Below are positions 38,645 through 52,950 of a stretch of DNA of 64,000 nt, in pieces; position 1 is the first letter of the stretch, and each line of letters opens with the position of its first letter. This DNA is from Octopus vulgaris (lineage: Eukaryota). The stretch spans positions 58,342,001-58,406,000 of the forward strand of contig OX597814.1 of NCBI GenBank assembly GCA_951406725.2, given 5' to 3'. The notes under the pieces are model-generated. The model saw only the letters and a program-made list of their open reading frames with translations, had not been told where the DNA came from and did not search any database. Position numbers and translations under genes: made by a program.

Positions 38645-40277
38645 ATAGATTTATTACTGAATAGAAGAGAATCTGGGATGTGTCGAGCAATTGTTAATCA
38701 ACAAAACTGTGATGTCAGAGGTGCGAGAGCATAGGAGGAACCTAGTTTCAGTGTGACTAGACTACAAGAAAGATTTGACTCTGTTCCCCACTCATGGATG
38801 CTAGAAGCCCGTCAACGTGCTAAAGTTCCAGTGGGCATAGTCAAAGCCAAAGCTTACGTAACATAATTGTGGGCTGCCATCTTGAAATTAAACACATAGC
38901 GAGACTGTAATATCACTGATAGAATACAGTATCGCAAAGGCATTTTCCTAGGGGCCACTGGTTCACAAGGAGAAGTACCAAAAGTACACACTGATTCTTT
39001 GTGGATGAGTTGAAACGTTATGCAAAGAACATGCATAAGATGAAAACGAGCCGTCACCTAGGTACAACGTTCTCAAAGGATGTAGGTTGGGGTTTGATAA
39101 GGATAAATGTTGTTATATGGTTGTGAAAAGGGGGAAATTATAAACCAGACTTGCAACATCTCCATCAATGATTTGACTTTTTTCCCTATATCTGACGATA
39201 GGGGTGGATGAACACAAATCTTACAATGGTACCTGTAACAAAACACGTGTCCCTAAAGAATGTTACAGCCGAATAAAGAAAATTTGAACCTCAGAACTCT
39301 CTGCATTCAATAAAACAGTGGCCCACAATGTGTTTGCAGTGCCAGTACTCATACCAACATTTAGGCTACTTGAATTGACGCTTGATGAGATCCGAGCCAT
39401 TGATGTGAAAACCTGAAAAATATTCACAAACACATATAATTTCCACATAAAGAGTGACGTAGACCGCCTCTACCTAAAACGAAAACAAGGTGGCTTTTGA
39501 ATGTTGTATAATATTTTTTCGGCAACGTCTTTTAACCACCAAGTGTCAAAGTCCATCCCTTGACCAAGTTTGCATACATGAGGTTGATAACATCATAAGG
39601 CTTAGAAGGCAACTCCTTGAGCAACATGTTTGATAACCTAGAATACATGCCCAAAGAAGTCGCACTGCAACGTATCATCTGACGAAAGGATGAGATTATG
39701 CAAGCAGAAGACTATGCATGGATATATTAGTAGAAAACTCCGAGATAATAGCAACATTGATCATGATTACTATCTCCCACTTTGAAGATTATGCGTTTGC
39801 AATCCAGGAACAGGGGAATACCAATCAAGTACCTGATGCACAAAGGGGATACATATGCTGGATAAGCAGTAAAATGTGACAACTGATGCAGACTTTGTAG
39901 AGTTAATACCAAAGATTTCAGCCACATCATAAATAGTAATCGGAAAATGTAATCACGGTATTATCTACCGATGAGATATAATGTTGTAACTATGACACTA
40001 ATTTGGGATAGAGAAGAGAAACTGTGTACAGTTGTGAAAATTAGCTGCCCAGCAGATGTCAATATAAGCTGAAGATTAGAGAAAAAGAGAATACCGACGC
40101 TGAACTATTGAGAAACATGCAGTTACTCTATCCAAATTACAATATGAGGTTTATATATGTAATTATTGGGGCCTTGGGATACGTAACACACTGCCCAAAT
40201 CGAGAAAGGAGAAAGCTAATTCGAAGACTACAGATCCAATCCATCTGTAAAACTTTCCAGAGTTTTATGATTTAAAT
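38645..40277 (+). pseudogene. R4/Dong-clade LINE, 5'-truncated and decayed (RT, CCHC, RLE remnants)
   Basis: EQLLINK, HRRNL...LDYKK.FDSVPHSW, KGIF.G, AHNVFAVPVL, FH.KSDVDRLYLKR..GG, YAFAIQEQ, CRLC, SCPADVNI and IIGALG. Confidence 0.88.
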
Positions 40278-41708
40278 ATATATGGACACGTCTAGATATG
40301 CAACTATATGCGCAACATATACATACATACATACATACATGCATGCATGCATACATACAAACAAACAGAAATATTCTGTTGTTGATGTTAAAATTCCAAG
40401 GAAGGAGCCTTGGATCTAGTTTAGAAACCTTTCTGTATTGGCAAGGAATCTTGAAATAAACCTGAACAATGACATACATGCATACATACATACATACATA
40501 CATACATACATACATACTTACATACATAAACAGAAGGGGACGTGAATATAAGCGTTGTATGTTTAATCACCATTTAGCGCTCATGGCGATCGGAATCTTG
40601 AACACCGGGATGTTTTTCAGTGACAGCTATTCTAGAGCAAGAACTATCCGCTAGAGGAACGATCAAAATCTAGTGGATTTGGGAATAGAAAGAGAGACAA
40701 CTTATAAATAGTTGTCAGCTATACTTTTATATGAAAAGTTTCAAATATTATTAACATGATGAAATCAAGATTTTGCAGCTGTTTCGAATGATAGTTGGCT
40801 GGTTGATAGCATAATGTATATAATGCAAGCACGTCCAATATGGAAGTAGTATTTTCAATTGACATAAAAGGAAAACAAAATAGCGACAAGAACATCCGTT
40901 GATATCTTTGTGAAGTAATATCAGAATTTTTAGACGATCAAGAAAAACAACTATATATTGGGACTATAAATGAGATTGCTAGAAATACATAGATCAGAGG
41001 TGATAGAGAAAGATAGAAAGGTAGTTAGGTATAGTGGACAGAATATCTGCGAGGAAAGGAAAAGTAGATGAATCGACAGGAACCATAGCTATGGCGGTAG
41101 TAATACAACTGAGATATTGAGTGGCTATAATCCTAGAAAGAGCAAAGAAAAAAAAAGGGAGCGAAGGTTGTGACTGTAAGGTGTCAAAGAGGGCAAGGCT
41201 AAAGAAACTACGCAAGTCAGTAAGTGTAATTTATCCACATTCGTCACAAGAGTTATAAGCAGTGGCTATAAAGCTAAGTACTAATAGAAGTGTGGAAAGC
41301 AGACCAGCTCAAAGAAACCGCATTAATCATGGCACACCGGACTTTTGTGAGAAATTAAAATAAAACCTGTCAAATATACAAACAATTCTTGTGTACTGGA
41401 GCCCGAGTCAAGTATATGTATCTCATGTAAGGAAAGGTGAGTGGACGTAGGAGAATAACGGGAAATTACTGTTTTGTTGTGGTGAGGATAAAGAAACTAT
41501 GAAAGGCGTAAGTCGTATTTCACATGTAATATTAGTTTCAAAGTTTGGGCCAAAGTCAGCAGTTTCAAAAGAATTCGGCAATCGATTAGATGAACTCCCA
41601 GTGTTTAACGATGAGTGGACTTTATGTTCAAAATGAAATATCTATTAAATAATGTCGGTTCGTGGTTGCGAAAGATGTCGAGTGATTCTTTAAAACAAAG
41701 TTTAAAAA

Positions 41709-41820
41709 CTCACAGATAATGGGCCAAGATAAGGGAAATATTTTGGTATTTGAGAGTGCACATGTGAGTTGTTAGTGAGGTAGATAAGTTCTTTTGGAGA
41801 AAGAATTCATGCATGCACAG
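41709..41820 (-). mobile_element. Penelope GIY-YIG fragment, inverted copy of 44358-44474
   Basis: Reverse complement gcatgaattctttctccaaa...ttatctacctcactaacaactcacat...ctctcaaataccaaaatatt...cattatctgtgag. Confidence 0.75.
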
Positions 41821-41909
41821 TATGTGTGTGTGTGTGTGCGTATGTGTATATATGTATATATGTGTATGTAATACACCGTGGCATACGTATGTATATACAT
41901 ACATAACGT

Positions 41910-42243
41910 GGCACTCCGTGGGTTACGACGACAAGGGTTCAATATAATCCGATCAACGAAACACCCAGCACGTGAAATTAACGTGTAAGTGGCTGAACAC
42001 TTCACACTCCACAGACACATGTACTTTCAGTTTAATTCACGGGGAAATTCAATGTGACAAGGCTACAACATAAGCAAGAAGAAAGAGTGAGAAAAAGTTG
42101 TGGTGAAAGAGTACAGTAGGGTTCACCACCACCCGCTGGAGATTTAGGTATTTTCGCTCAATAAACACTCACAACGCCCGGTCTGGTAATCGAAACCACG
42201 ATCCTACGACCGCGAATCCGCTGCCATAACCACTGGGCCTCCA
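41910..42243 (-). mobile_element. tRNA(Arg)-like-headed SINE (same family as 5240-5730)
   Basis: Head ggaggcccagtggttatggcagcggattcgcggtcgtaggatcgtggtttcgattacc; tail cgttaatttcacg...cgtcgtaacc.acggagtgcc. Confidence 0.85.
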
Positions 42244-42263
42244 CATACACATACATACACACA

Positions 42264-42332
<69 letters not shown>

Positions 42333-42368
42333 GGCAGGTAGATATATATATATATATACATACACATA

Positions 42369-42470
42369 TCTATATATATTAGCTGAAAGTTAGTGGTGGA
42401 CTTCAGGCATTTGCTTTGTGGGGAGACGTAACTATAAGGTCCTGCGTACTACGCAGGACCTTAAACCCAG
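42369..42470 (+). mobile_element. Candidate miniature Helitron-like element
   Basis: Starts A|TCTATATATA, has a perfect 14-bp palindrome taaggtcctgcgta-c-tacgcaggacctta (42435-42463), and ends CCAG|T, one mismatch from CTAG. Confidence 0.55.
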
Positions 42471-43420
42471 TAAAGTAGTCATTATATAAAGAGAAGCTAA
42501 ATAATTAGAAGCAAAAATCACATAAAATATATCATGCGATTAATGATACGGTTGCAATATATATCTGCAATTTATATTCTCGACGCTAATGATGAGTTGT
42601 AACAGTGTTGAGGATATTTTTCTTTGCCATGTTTGGATATTAACAGGTTTACACCATTATTCAACGGATATATTTTTTTAATGACTCTTCCTAGACATCA
42701 TATTTCTTTGTAATTACTGATGCTAGAGCATAACATTAAAATAAATCTTAGTTGATTAAACAGACGCACATATGCAAGTATTAAAATACACAAGCACACA
42801 TACGTACGCGGCCGCAAATCTACGTGTTGTTGTGAGATATTGGAAGCTAGAAAGAGAGAGAGAGATGAGTGAGAGAGAAGGTTAACGAGGTGATGATCGA
42901 TTATAGCGAGACAGAGCGTACGCGTTGCCTATAATTTTGCTGTTATGGTTATTATAATTTCTATTTCATTATTATGATTAACATTTTCATTAATATTTAA
43001 TAAGGCTGCTGATATAGTAGTAGATCAAATAATGTGCAGAATTTATCTTCATCACATTACATTCTGAGTTCAAGTTTGTCTAGAATTCATACTTCTATAT
43101 CAATTATATACTAAATTGCTCCACTGAGTGTATCCTTTACCACTGTTTGGGGGTGTGCAACAATTTGAAACATTGAAACAATTAATTAATAGTAGGGTTA
43201 TATTAAATATTTGGTTATGATTCATTCTATTTTAGTTAGAATAGCAAGTATTTCGTCATGAATCTCCATCTGCCCGGAAACATTAGAATGTATTCCAGTC
43301 AATTCTAATAATTTAATTGTCCGCTTATTGAACCTCAGAAACGCCGAAATTTTCGTTTCCGGTTTTTGCATTAAGGCTTCAAGTTCATATGAGACTCGTG
43401 TTTGCGTTTATAAATATTTA

Positions 43421-43511
<91 letters not shown>

Positions 43512-44113
43512 ATACACACGACTTGTTTATTAGTATTTGTTTATATGTGCACGTGTTTTCGATCTCATACATGTTTCACCATGTAGCATTTATACACAAA
43601 TCATCTGTACCCACCGATTCGGTGTTGTGTCCCATTTTTCATTTTTCGGTATTTACACGTGAGTGTGTGTGTGTGTGTATGTGCGTGCGTGCGTGCATGT
43701 GTGTGTATCTCTATATTTAAGTCACAATATATGAACTCAAGCAATCGGTTGTACTCATAACAAAAGCTCCTTCATCATTTTACAAAACAAGGAGTATATA
43801 TAGTACGATATAACAGGCAAGGATGCACAGTCTCTAAATTCATAAATGAGGACATAATTTTGAAGGATTTTCTGCATTAGGAATTGATGCAGGCTTGTAA
43901 GTAAATTATTTATTATGAAATATAATATTATAGATCATATACATGTTTTTGTGTTACGAAATAATTTGTCACAATATTAGAATTAACGTATTGTTAAATA
44001 CATTTCACCTACATATTTCTGTCATTTTTGACATACTCAAACACACACACATGCACATATATGCATATATATGTATATATATCTTTATACTTATATATAT
44101 ATATATATATATG

Positions 44114-44156
<43 letters not shown>

Positions 44157-44240
44157 TTTATATACTTACATATAAATATAAATATATATATATACTTATA
44201 TATAAATATAAATATATATATATATACTTTTACTTATATG

Positions 44241-44282
<42 letters not shown>

Positions 44283-44357
44283 TGCATATATATATGTATA
44301 TACATACATACATACACACACACGCGCGCACACATATATATATACTGAAGTGCCGCT

Positions 44358-44900
44358 ACTGAGCACGCATGAGTTCTTTCTCCAAAGGAACTTCTAAATT
44401 ATCTACCTCACTAACAACTCACATACGTACTCTCAAATACCAAAATATTCCCTATCTTAGTTCATTATCTGTGAGGCCCCCCTGTACAACGCAAACCTCT
44501 TAGTTTCTAAATTTTGTTTGAAAGAATCACCGCCATCCTTCGCAACCACGAACCCTCATTATTTAATAGATATTCTGCTGTAATCCTTTCATGTAAACAC
44601 AAAGTCGACTCATCGTATGCCCAATATGCTAACTTCATGTCATTTCCTAAATATATGACCTTATGCTACAACGTCGCTGTACTAACAACATATCTCTTCT
44701 ACAATTACCACACCTCTATTTTGTGTTTCTTCTTATGATAACCTTTGCACATTCCTCTTATCACTACCACACCTATTATACGTTTCTCCATATGACTACC
44801 TTTGCACATTCCACTTACTCAGCATATTTCTTATTTTAAAGTTCTCCATCGTCCTTCGATTTTCTTCCTCTTCTCTTTCTAGCTCCTTTTTGTTTTCTTT
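44358..44900 (+). mobile_element. Penelope-like 3' fragment (end of GIY-YIG plus pyrimidine-rich tail)
   Basis: Broken frames give SSFSK...KLSTSLTTHIRTLK, EAP.YN, FCLKE..AIL...SLFNRYS...SCKHK. Confidence 0.7.
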
Positions 44901-45454
44901 TTGTGTAGGTTCGCTCAGCTAATATATAAATATTTATTTATTTATACATGAATATTCATCGTCTGAATTTTCAGTCTATATTTTCTCTCCATTTGCCATT
45001 TGCATGTATATGTGTATATATATATATATATATGCTGAATGCACGTGCATATACAAAGAAATACTAATGAACACGTCAGCTATCTATCTATCTATCTATC
45101 CATCTATCTATATATATATATGTTATATATAAGCGCAAGCACAATACATAAATTTGAAGGCTTAATGCGAAAAAACGGAAAAAAAAAATACCGGAGTTTA
45201 TGGGGTTGAATAAGCGGGCAACTGCCACAAATATGGCGGCCTGGAATTGCTTTGTTAGATACTATTTTCCTTAATACTTTCTCGATATTTCATATATAGA
45301 ATATGGAAATTATTTTTATATTAATATTTTTAAACGTCCCTATTTCCGTCTTCTTACTTTCGCTTCTTACGCACTTTAACATCAAATTAATATATAAAAT
45401 GTAACTTTATTATTCGTTCATAATCTAGTCGTTAAGATATCATATTTGCTGCAA

Positions 45455-45651
45455 GTGGCGAGCTTTTGCACTCCGAGAAATATGTAGCGGCATTTCGGTC
45501 GTCTTTAGATTATGACATCAAATTTCGCTGAAGTTGATTTATGTTTTTATTTTTTGCATTTCATCCGTTCGACATTGATAAAATTAGTACCTGTTGGGTA
45601 TTGGCTTCCTCCCTCGAAAGCGCTGGCCCTGTGCCAAGATCTTAAACCAAT
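45455..45651 (+). mobile_element. Decayed SINE (8562-type head and core, alternative tail)
   Basis: ggcgagct...agcggcatttcg...gcatttcatccgttcgacattgataaaattagtacc...gctggccctgtgccaagatcttaaaccaat. Confidence 0.7.
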
Positions 45652-46904
45652 GTCATATTTCATAGAGTGGTAGTTGAGTGATCATGACATATAGTTTCTA
45701 GCAGGAACTGTATTTTTGAGACATTTAAGCCCATTAATTTACCTGTTTGGCTAAAACAAATTTTCTCCCGAGAAGTGAAATGAAAGGGGTAAGAATTAGA
45801 GCAACGATATCAAGATTCGTCTCAAATTATTCGTAAATTTTCAATCATAAAATGATGAAAGTGTATGTAAGATTTGAACTTATGTTGTGCACCAAGAGAC
45901 AGAACATATACCGCAAGAAATCCTAATCAATGCCTTCAAGAAAAGTGAAATATTGCCATATCAATGTGTGTTTGTTGACTATATGATTTTGTGGCAGGTT
46001 ATTTAAATGCAACTAAAATTTTAGGAATTTAAACAAAACCGTGCTGCCTCTGTAACAAATTAAATTAGTGCTGCATTTCCCAAGCAATGCCATGCCAGAA
46101 ACCCTTCTGGTATATTTCTAAAGTCCCAGTTCCAAGAATTTCACTTGCAAAAGTTCTTAATCAGTTCACTTACTTCTTTTTGCTTGTTAATTTGTGATTG
46201 ATAGCAACGTTATACAATTTCCTGCGGCACAATGGAATTCAACTCCTTCATGCGAAGCAGTCTGCTACGTTTTCATTTTGTTTTGTATCGTGATGTACAT
46301 TACGTCTGCTTTGGACTGTTTTAGTGGTTTGCTTCATTGAATTCTGTGCTTCAATGTCTTTGAATTCATTGGATTTTGTTAATGTATTTTGCTGTGATTG
46401 TGTAGCATGTGACGTGTGATTTGCATTGCTGTTTAGCCACATATAAGCTCCGATCAAAGCGTTATAGGATCAAAAGACTTTTAGTAAATATATATCTCGG
46501 ATGACATCATGCAGTGCATCTGTTTCAAGATACTAGACCTTCATTTGAAGACGATTAGGTTATTACTTCTAATATATCTAGCGAGCTCATAGAAGCTTTA
46601 ACGTTGGGTGGTGAATTATAGTTTTTAATGGGGTGGTGGCTGTGTCGAATAAGTGCTGCATCTTAGAGTGTTTTTATAGTAAGATGGTTATTTAGAGTGT
46701 GGTACTGTGTAGAATATTAATATTTTGTTGTCGTTTACATAGCATATATACTGAGTGAGTTGTACAATTGACTATTCAATAATTTGTTTATATTATAACA
46801 TAATATGCTATGACTATAATATAACATAATATAAGATAACATAGTCAATTATTTAATGATCAAAATGCCAACCATTTGCTTCGACTTATATACATTTTGG
46901 GATA

Positions 46905-47165
<261 letters not shown>

Positions 47166-47504
47166 TAGTCATGCTATATCTTATAAAATTAATGATGCTA
47201 GATGCATCCTATGTATACATGAATTATACAAGTTATGAAGCATTTAAGAAGAAATTGCTTTACGGAATAAATGAGAGTGTTTGTCTTGTGAACGCTATTC
47301 TAATTATGTGTCAAAGAAATAGTATTAAGTATCTATATTTGTATTCGTATGTGTCCATTTCTATGTGTACATAAATATGTATATATGAATAATCATATAT
47401 TTATGTGTGTGCATATATGTATTTGTATACATGGGTACATGTTGTTTATATTTAACTGGTGCTGTCTATGTTTCGCTATGCTTATATGTGTGTTTGTGCG
47501 TGTA

Positions 47505-47548
<44 letters not shown>

Positions 47549-47690
47549 TGTACGTGTGTGTGTGTGGATACATCTATATATATTTATTTATGCGGTTATG
47601 TATTTATGCGTATATGTGCGTATATATGTATATGTATGTGTATATATATATGTGTGTGTGTGTGTGTATGTATGTATGTGTATATGTATG

Positions 47691-47739
<49 letters not shown>

Positions 47740-48299
47740 TGTTTGTGTATATGTATATATGTATACCTTTAACTTTTGCTATCTTAATCTATATAATAGT
47801 AATGAATTTCGAAAATTAATTGTTGCTTGATTAATTCCGAATTTGATTCCTGTTAATGGTTTTCTCGTAGTTACTGCTATATACAACTGTATATTAGAAT
47901 TCATCTATCTTTAAACTCTGCCTATGAAAAGACTTATACATAGGGGAATTTTTTATATATCAAAAAATTTATATAAGTCGAAGCAAATTGTGTGTCATTT
48001 TGTTGTTTTAATAATTGTTTATGTTACCTTATATTTCTGTCATATTATATTCATGTATATTATGTTATGATATAAATAAATGATTGGATTACCAATCGTA
48101 TCTCTCTATTTAATTATATCTTTGTAATTTGCCTTATACCCATATTTATATGGTATTCAATTGACGTACTAGTGAATTGGACGTTTACCACACCCCTCTC
48201 AAGGAATTATCTTCGTTAGCTTAGAATATATATATTCTCTATTTTCTCTCATTATTCATGGCGAAGTATTAGTATATTGCTTAAATCACAATGCTTGTA

Positions 48300-48359
48300 A
48301 TATATATATATGTGTAGGTGTGGACGCGCGTGTGTGTGTTTCTGTGTGTATGTGTGTGT

Positions 48360-48438
<79 letters not shown>

Positions 48439-48450
48439 TGTGTGTGTGTT
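48300..48450. repeat. (TG)n microsatellite
   Basis: Directly visible. Confidence 0.95.
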
Positions 48451-49179
48451 TTCTGTCGTTGCAGGGGATGACTAATCTGAAATACTGGCATTAGTTCTCC
48501 GATTGTAATGTTTTCATGATCTGCAATTGATGTTTTGAATGTATTTTTTCCTATTATTTTTGTAACTTTTCTATTACGTGGGTGCAGGAAACTGCCTTTG
48601 GTGTTGTTCCAGAATTTCCTGCACTTGTTGACTCTCACATTATTTTACTTTTTCCCCGCCAGGCGTTGCAGGATCTTGTGTGTTAAGCGTTTTTTTCTCT
48701 CTCCAAAAACTATTCACTATTAACACGTTTGATTCTATATTGGTTATGTTCTATCGTATCTTTTGTTTTAATCTGAAATAAAAATCATTCTCGTCATCGA
48801 GAATAACTTCTGGTTAGTATGTTATTTTTAAAAATTTTATGTACCTCTTATTTTCTTTATAGACTGATCGCTTTCCTTTTGTTTGCTTCTAAGTAATTTT
48901 TTTCTAAATGAAAGCTTCATACTTAGTTTCATATTTCCGTGTGATCAAATCTTATTCTCTTTAAGTTAGTTGTAAGTATATACTATCTATATTGGCTTTA
49001 GGACCGATATAGACAGCATTTAATTGGAAAATAAATTAACTTTCTAGTGCATCGCTCTAAGCTATTTAATTCCCTTCTTTTATAATTCGTTGAATTTTAG
49101 CTGCAGCTTACAACGGTGATGGCTAGTGAATTTCTGTCTATTATATTTCTGCCATTGATCGAATTTTTTTTATATGTAA

Positions 49180-49315
49180 CGGATGCTAGCACGCCAGCAA
49201 AAAGCTTAGCAGAATTTCTTCTGTACGCACGTTCTAAGTTCGAATTTTGCCTTGGGGATCAATAAAGCAAGTACCAGTCAACCCCTGCCTCCTTGTACTA
49301 AATTTTGAAGCCAAT
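49180..49315 (+). mobile_element. Decayed, deleted SINE (45455 type)
   Basis: tgctagcacgccagcaaaaagcttagc...gttctaagttcgaatt...ggggatcaataaagcaagtaccag...ccttgtactaaattttgaagccaat. Confidence 0.6.
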
Positions 49316-50207
49316 ATGTGTTGGTTTACTGCGTAGTAATTGTATAACATATGTATTACATATAACAATTGTATAACATATGTATAACATGGTACTGGGG
49401 CATTATCGTAGGAATTATAATTTCTCCTGTGTGGTTTGTGCTATTGTTTAGTCCATGTCTATTTGGCCCCAAGATTTCAAATTAGGTACTTTTAGAATAA
49501 CTTTTGTTGAAAAGTCTTCTAGTTCAGGTCTTTCCTGCGTAGTGTGTCTTAGCAATTTATTGTTTCCAAATATTTTTATAGGCGATTTTGCTCTTATGCC
49601 CAAATTTCAGCGAGTTGATCTAGTATAATGCTTTCAACTGTGGTCTATTAGCTTAATTTTCTTAGAGTTGCCATTTGTTTAATACGATATCTGTACACTT
49701 TTCAATAGTTTCTCTAATAGAAAATTGTACATTGTAAATAGATTATATTCATTCATGTAAGGAAGAAAATTTATGATATATAAATATAGTTTATAACTAT
49801 TGATAATTTTATTTAGTAAATGTGCTAATAAAGCAAACCTAAGCGGTAGATGATAGGAATTAAAGAATTTCTCTGAAATATTTTTCTTCCTATATGTCTT
49901 GCGTAGTTGTGTGCCATCTCTTTGCACGAAAGCGATGTATTTGCCTTCAATTTTCATATTGGATATACTTTATTCACATGTAGTTTTTCTAATGTCCAAG
50001 AGGGTGATATACATTGAAATGTATTGCAGTAAGCAATTAATAATATCTTAAGGTTTTTCAGTTCTTCATTGAGTTCCCAGTTAATCCTTTTGTATACACA
50101 ACGTCGGATTCGTTAAATTAGTTATTTTAAATAAGTACCTGATTTTTACGTACACCACTCAATCTCCAGCACTTTGCTGCGCTCCGGTAAGACGTTATGA
50201 TTAACAA

Positions 50208-50794
50208 TTGGGTTGGCAACAAAGTTCCCGCCGTGTTTTTAAATTTAAATTTAAAAAAAAACTTTGATAAAAAAACTAATTAATCGGTAATGTATTCACT
50301 CTTGTTGTTTACAACTTCTTCCCAGCGTTCAACAAGATTTTCAATAACTCGTTGGTAGAAATCACTCGATTTCGACTGGTAAAATGTATCCAACCAAGCT
50401 CTCAATTCTGCATCAGTATTGAACGAAACTTCACGCCTAGCATTTGAAAGAGATTGAAAGAGGGGAAGATCAGTTGGTGCCGAATCAGGAGAGTATGGCG
50501 GGTGTGGCAGCACTTCCCAGCTATGCGTTTGAATGGCTTTTGCGGCCTTAGAACCTTGATTAATAGCAACAAGAAGGTGGTGTCGAAAATGTATGTTATT
50601 CTTGACTTATCATTCCATTTTAATGATTTGAAAATAAACTAAAATTAACTAAATTTTAATAGAAAAGAAAAACAAAATAGATTCAAAAATCATTCAAAAA
50701 TAGCATTCTCGAAAAAAAAGTAGATTCCAAAATTTAAAAACGCAATAAATTCCGAAATTTAAAAAAAGCGGCGGGAAATTGTTTGCCAACCCAC
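50208..50794 (-). mobile_element. Internally deleted mariner transposon with both TIRs
   Basis: TIRs ttgggttggcaacaaagttcccgccg / cggcgggaaattgtttgccaaccca, with TA at 50795. N-terminal remnant HFRHHLL.A.NQGSKAAKA is fused to the C-terminal WEVLPHPPYSPDSAPTD...LVERWEEVV. Confidence 0.92.
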
Positions 50795-51956
50795 TAGATC
50801 TCTCTTTTGGAGTATCTATTATATTTCGTATTTTGCGAATCAATATTTATTCACCTCTGTTAATCATTTAGGTTGTAATTCTGATATATTTACAAGTTCA
50901 TTGACTGCTCTTCTAACAATAAGTATTCGTTAGTTATTTATAAATATATTAGATTTTTATTAATAATATTTATAAATGTTGCTTAGTAACAATGAACGTT
51001 CTGTTTCTGACAAGTCTTTATCGCGGTACTGAATCATATGGGTCAATATGGCGTTATTATTAATGTTATTGAATCAGAATTTCTCCAAATATTCTTCAAT
51101 ATCCATGAATGTTGGCGAATCATCAATTTCTTTACATATATAGTTTTCGTAAAGTCCATCTAAAAATACACGGGTATTCCTCATTTTTTATATTTGTCGC
51201 TGTTCCTCTCTGATCCGTGCCCTGTATATTTTCTGGGGAAGGTTACAACCGTGTGTGTTTTGAATCTTTTGTATCTTTTGTATCTTTTATAGATTATAGA
51301 GTTTAGGCTAAAATTTCACTTTTTTAGGCGAGTACACGATAAATAATTGCACTTACGCGTATGCGATGGTCACCATTAAAAACAAAATATAGCTCAATAA
51401 CAAAAATACTTTTCAATATCAACACACCACCACCTCCACTATTTGCCTCTCTCTCAATATAACTGTCTACCTTGTCCACCTGCTTCTATCTATCTTTCTT
51501 TTCAGCTAATTTTTTAGCCACATATTCCTTCCCAACCCGACCACACATCGTTATGACTTCTTCCTCCCTCTTTTTCTATCGTCGTCGTTTTTCTTTTGTT
51601 CTTCACCTCCAACTGATATTCAGTTGATTATATAACTATCTGGCCTAAGAGTAATAATATCAATCACCTTTCTCTACTTCTTTCTACACTCAATCTTCAT
51701 TCCTCTCCTTTCTCTCACACTTACTCCACCTCCCACACACTCTGCCTCCACCTTTGTAAGTAACTAATGTATTAACGAACAAGTTGATCATAATATATAT
51801 ATATATATATATATATACATACACACACACAAACACACAAACACACACACAAACACACACACAAAAAAAACACACACACACATACATATAAAAATATTAT
51901 ATATTTTCTCTTGCTCGTAAAATGTTCAGCTGTTCCAGCCCTCTGTCGTGTCTGTT

Positions 51957-52019
<63 letters not shown>

Positions 52020-52021
<2 letters not shown>

Positions 52022-52122
52022 TAAATAAATAAATGGAGTTGAATGAAAATGTTAATAAAATTCCTCTACTTTCGACATATGTTTCGAAGACAACATGGTT
52101 TTATTCCAAAGGAATAAACGGT
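52020..52122 (-). mobile_element. Penelope pseudo-LTR end (3' half of hammerhead), adjacent to (TA)n
   Basis: Aligns with 7341-7440 (taaataaatggagttgaa...gacatatgttt.gaagacaacat.ggttttattc.aaaggaataaac). Confidence 0.8.
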
Positions 52123-52149
52123 GTAAGCTAGTGGAAATAAGAAAAACTG

Positions 52150-52950
52150 GAAATTTACGCAATATATAATAGGTATTAGAAAATTGCGAAAAACTGAAAA
52201 CAAATTACTTCACGAAGAGCATACCGAATTGTTAAAGATATAACTAATGTGTGGTTGACTAAATGTTAAGTTACTAAACATGAAAATAGCAAAGTAGTAA
52301 GCAAAAAGAAAGGAAGTCAGTGATAAGTAAATCTTGCGCAGATTTGTATAGCTATAACCCGGAGGTGTATAGTAATGTGCAGAAACAATTAAGGAAAGAA
52401 ACTCTATTTAATAAACAGCAAGAGCCAGATAACATTTCAAATGATGCTATACAAGCAATTAGGAAACTAAACTGTAATAAATCACCTGGAACGGATAACA
52501 TAAATACAGAGCTGTTAAAGAAGGAAGGTTAATTTGTTATCGAGATTCATTGCAAAATTATATTAGTTTTCTATGTAGTACAGAACGACCCGGTAAATGG
52601 ACAGAATCGATTGTTATATCACTGCCAAAGAAAGGAAAGACGAACATTTTGAAAACAACTATGCAATTAGTTTAATTAGCCATCCTAGCAACGTTTTGCT
52701 GTCTGTTTTATTTAGTCGAATGGAACAGTCAATAACAATGATACTTAGTGAAATATAGGCTGGTTTCCAATACGATAAGTAAATACACTGGTGAGCTGAT
52801 TTGTGATATTAATATTATAGCAGAAATCTATTTGGAATACCGGTCAGATCTTTATTACAACTTCACCTATCATAAGAATGGTTTGATGATGTGAAATTGG
52901 GCACTATAGCATATTATGAGAAAACTTTACATCATGAAATTGTTAGAAGA
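52150..52950 (+). pseudogene. RTE-clade LINE RT fragment, decayed
   Basis: EPD...AIRKL..NKSPGTDNINTELLK, WTESIVISLPKKG, AISLISHPS.VLL and LSE..AGF. Confidence 0.85.

Noticed and set aside
46040-46260. Minus-strand peptides EFHCAAGNCI (LDLa-like) and GTGTLEIYQKGFWHGI (SRCR-like)
   Set aside because: Both are closed by stops within a few codons, lack the remaining cysteines and have no convincing splice acceptors. Probably chance, though tBLASTn or RNA-seq could test it.
48860-51300. Possible decayed minus-strand LINE around the mariner
   Set aside because: Strand-biased composition suggests it, but I could not identify diagnostic motifs.
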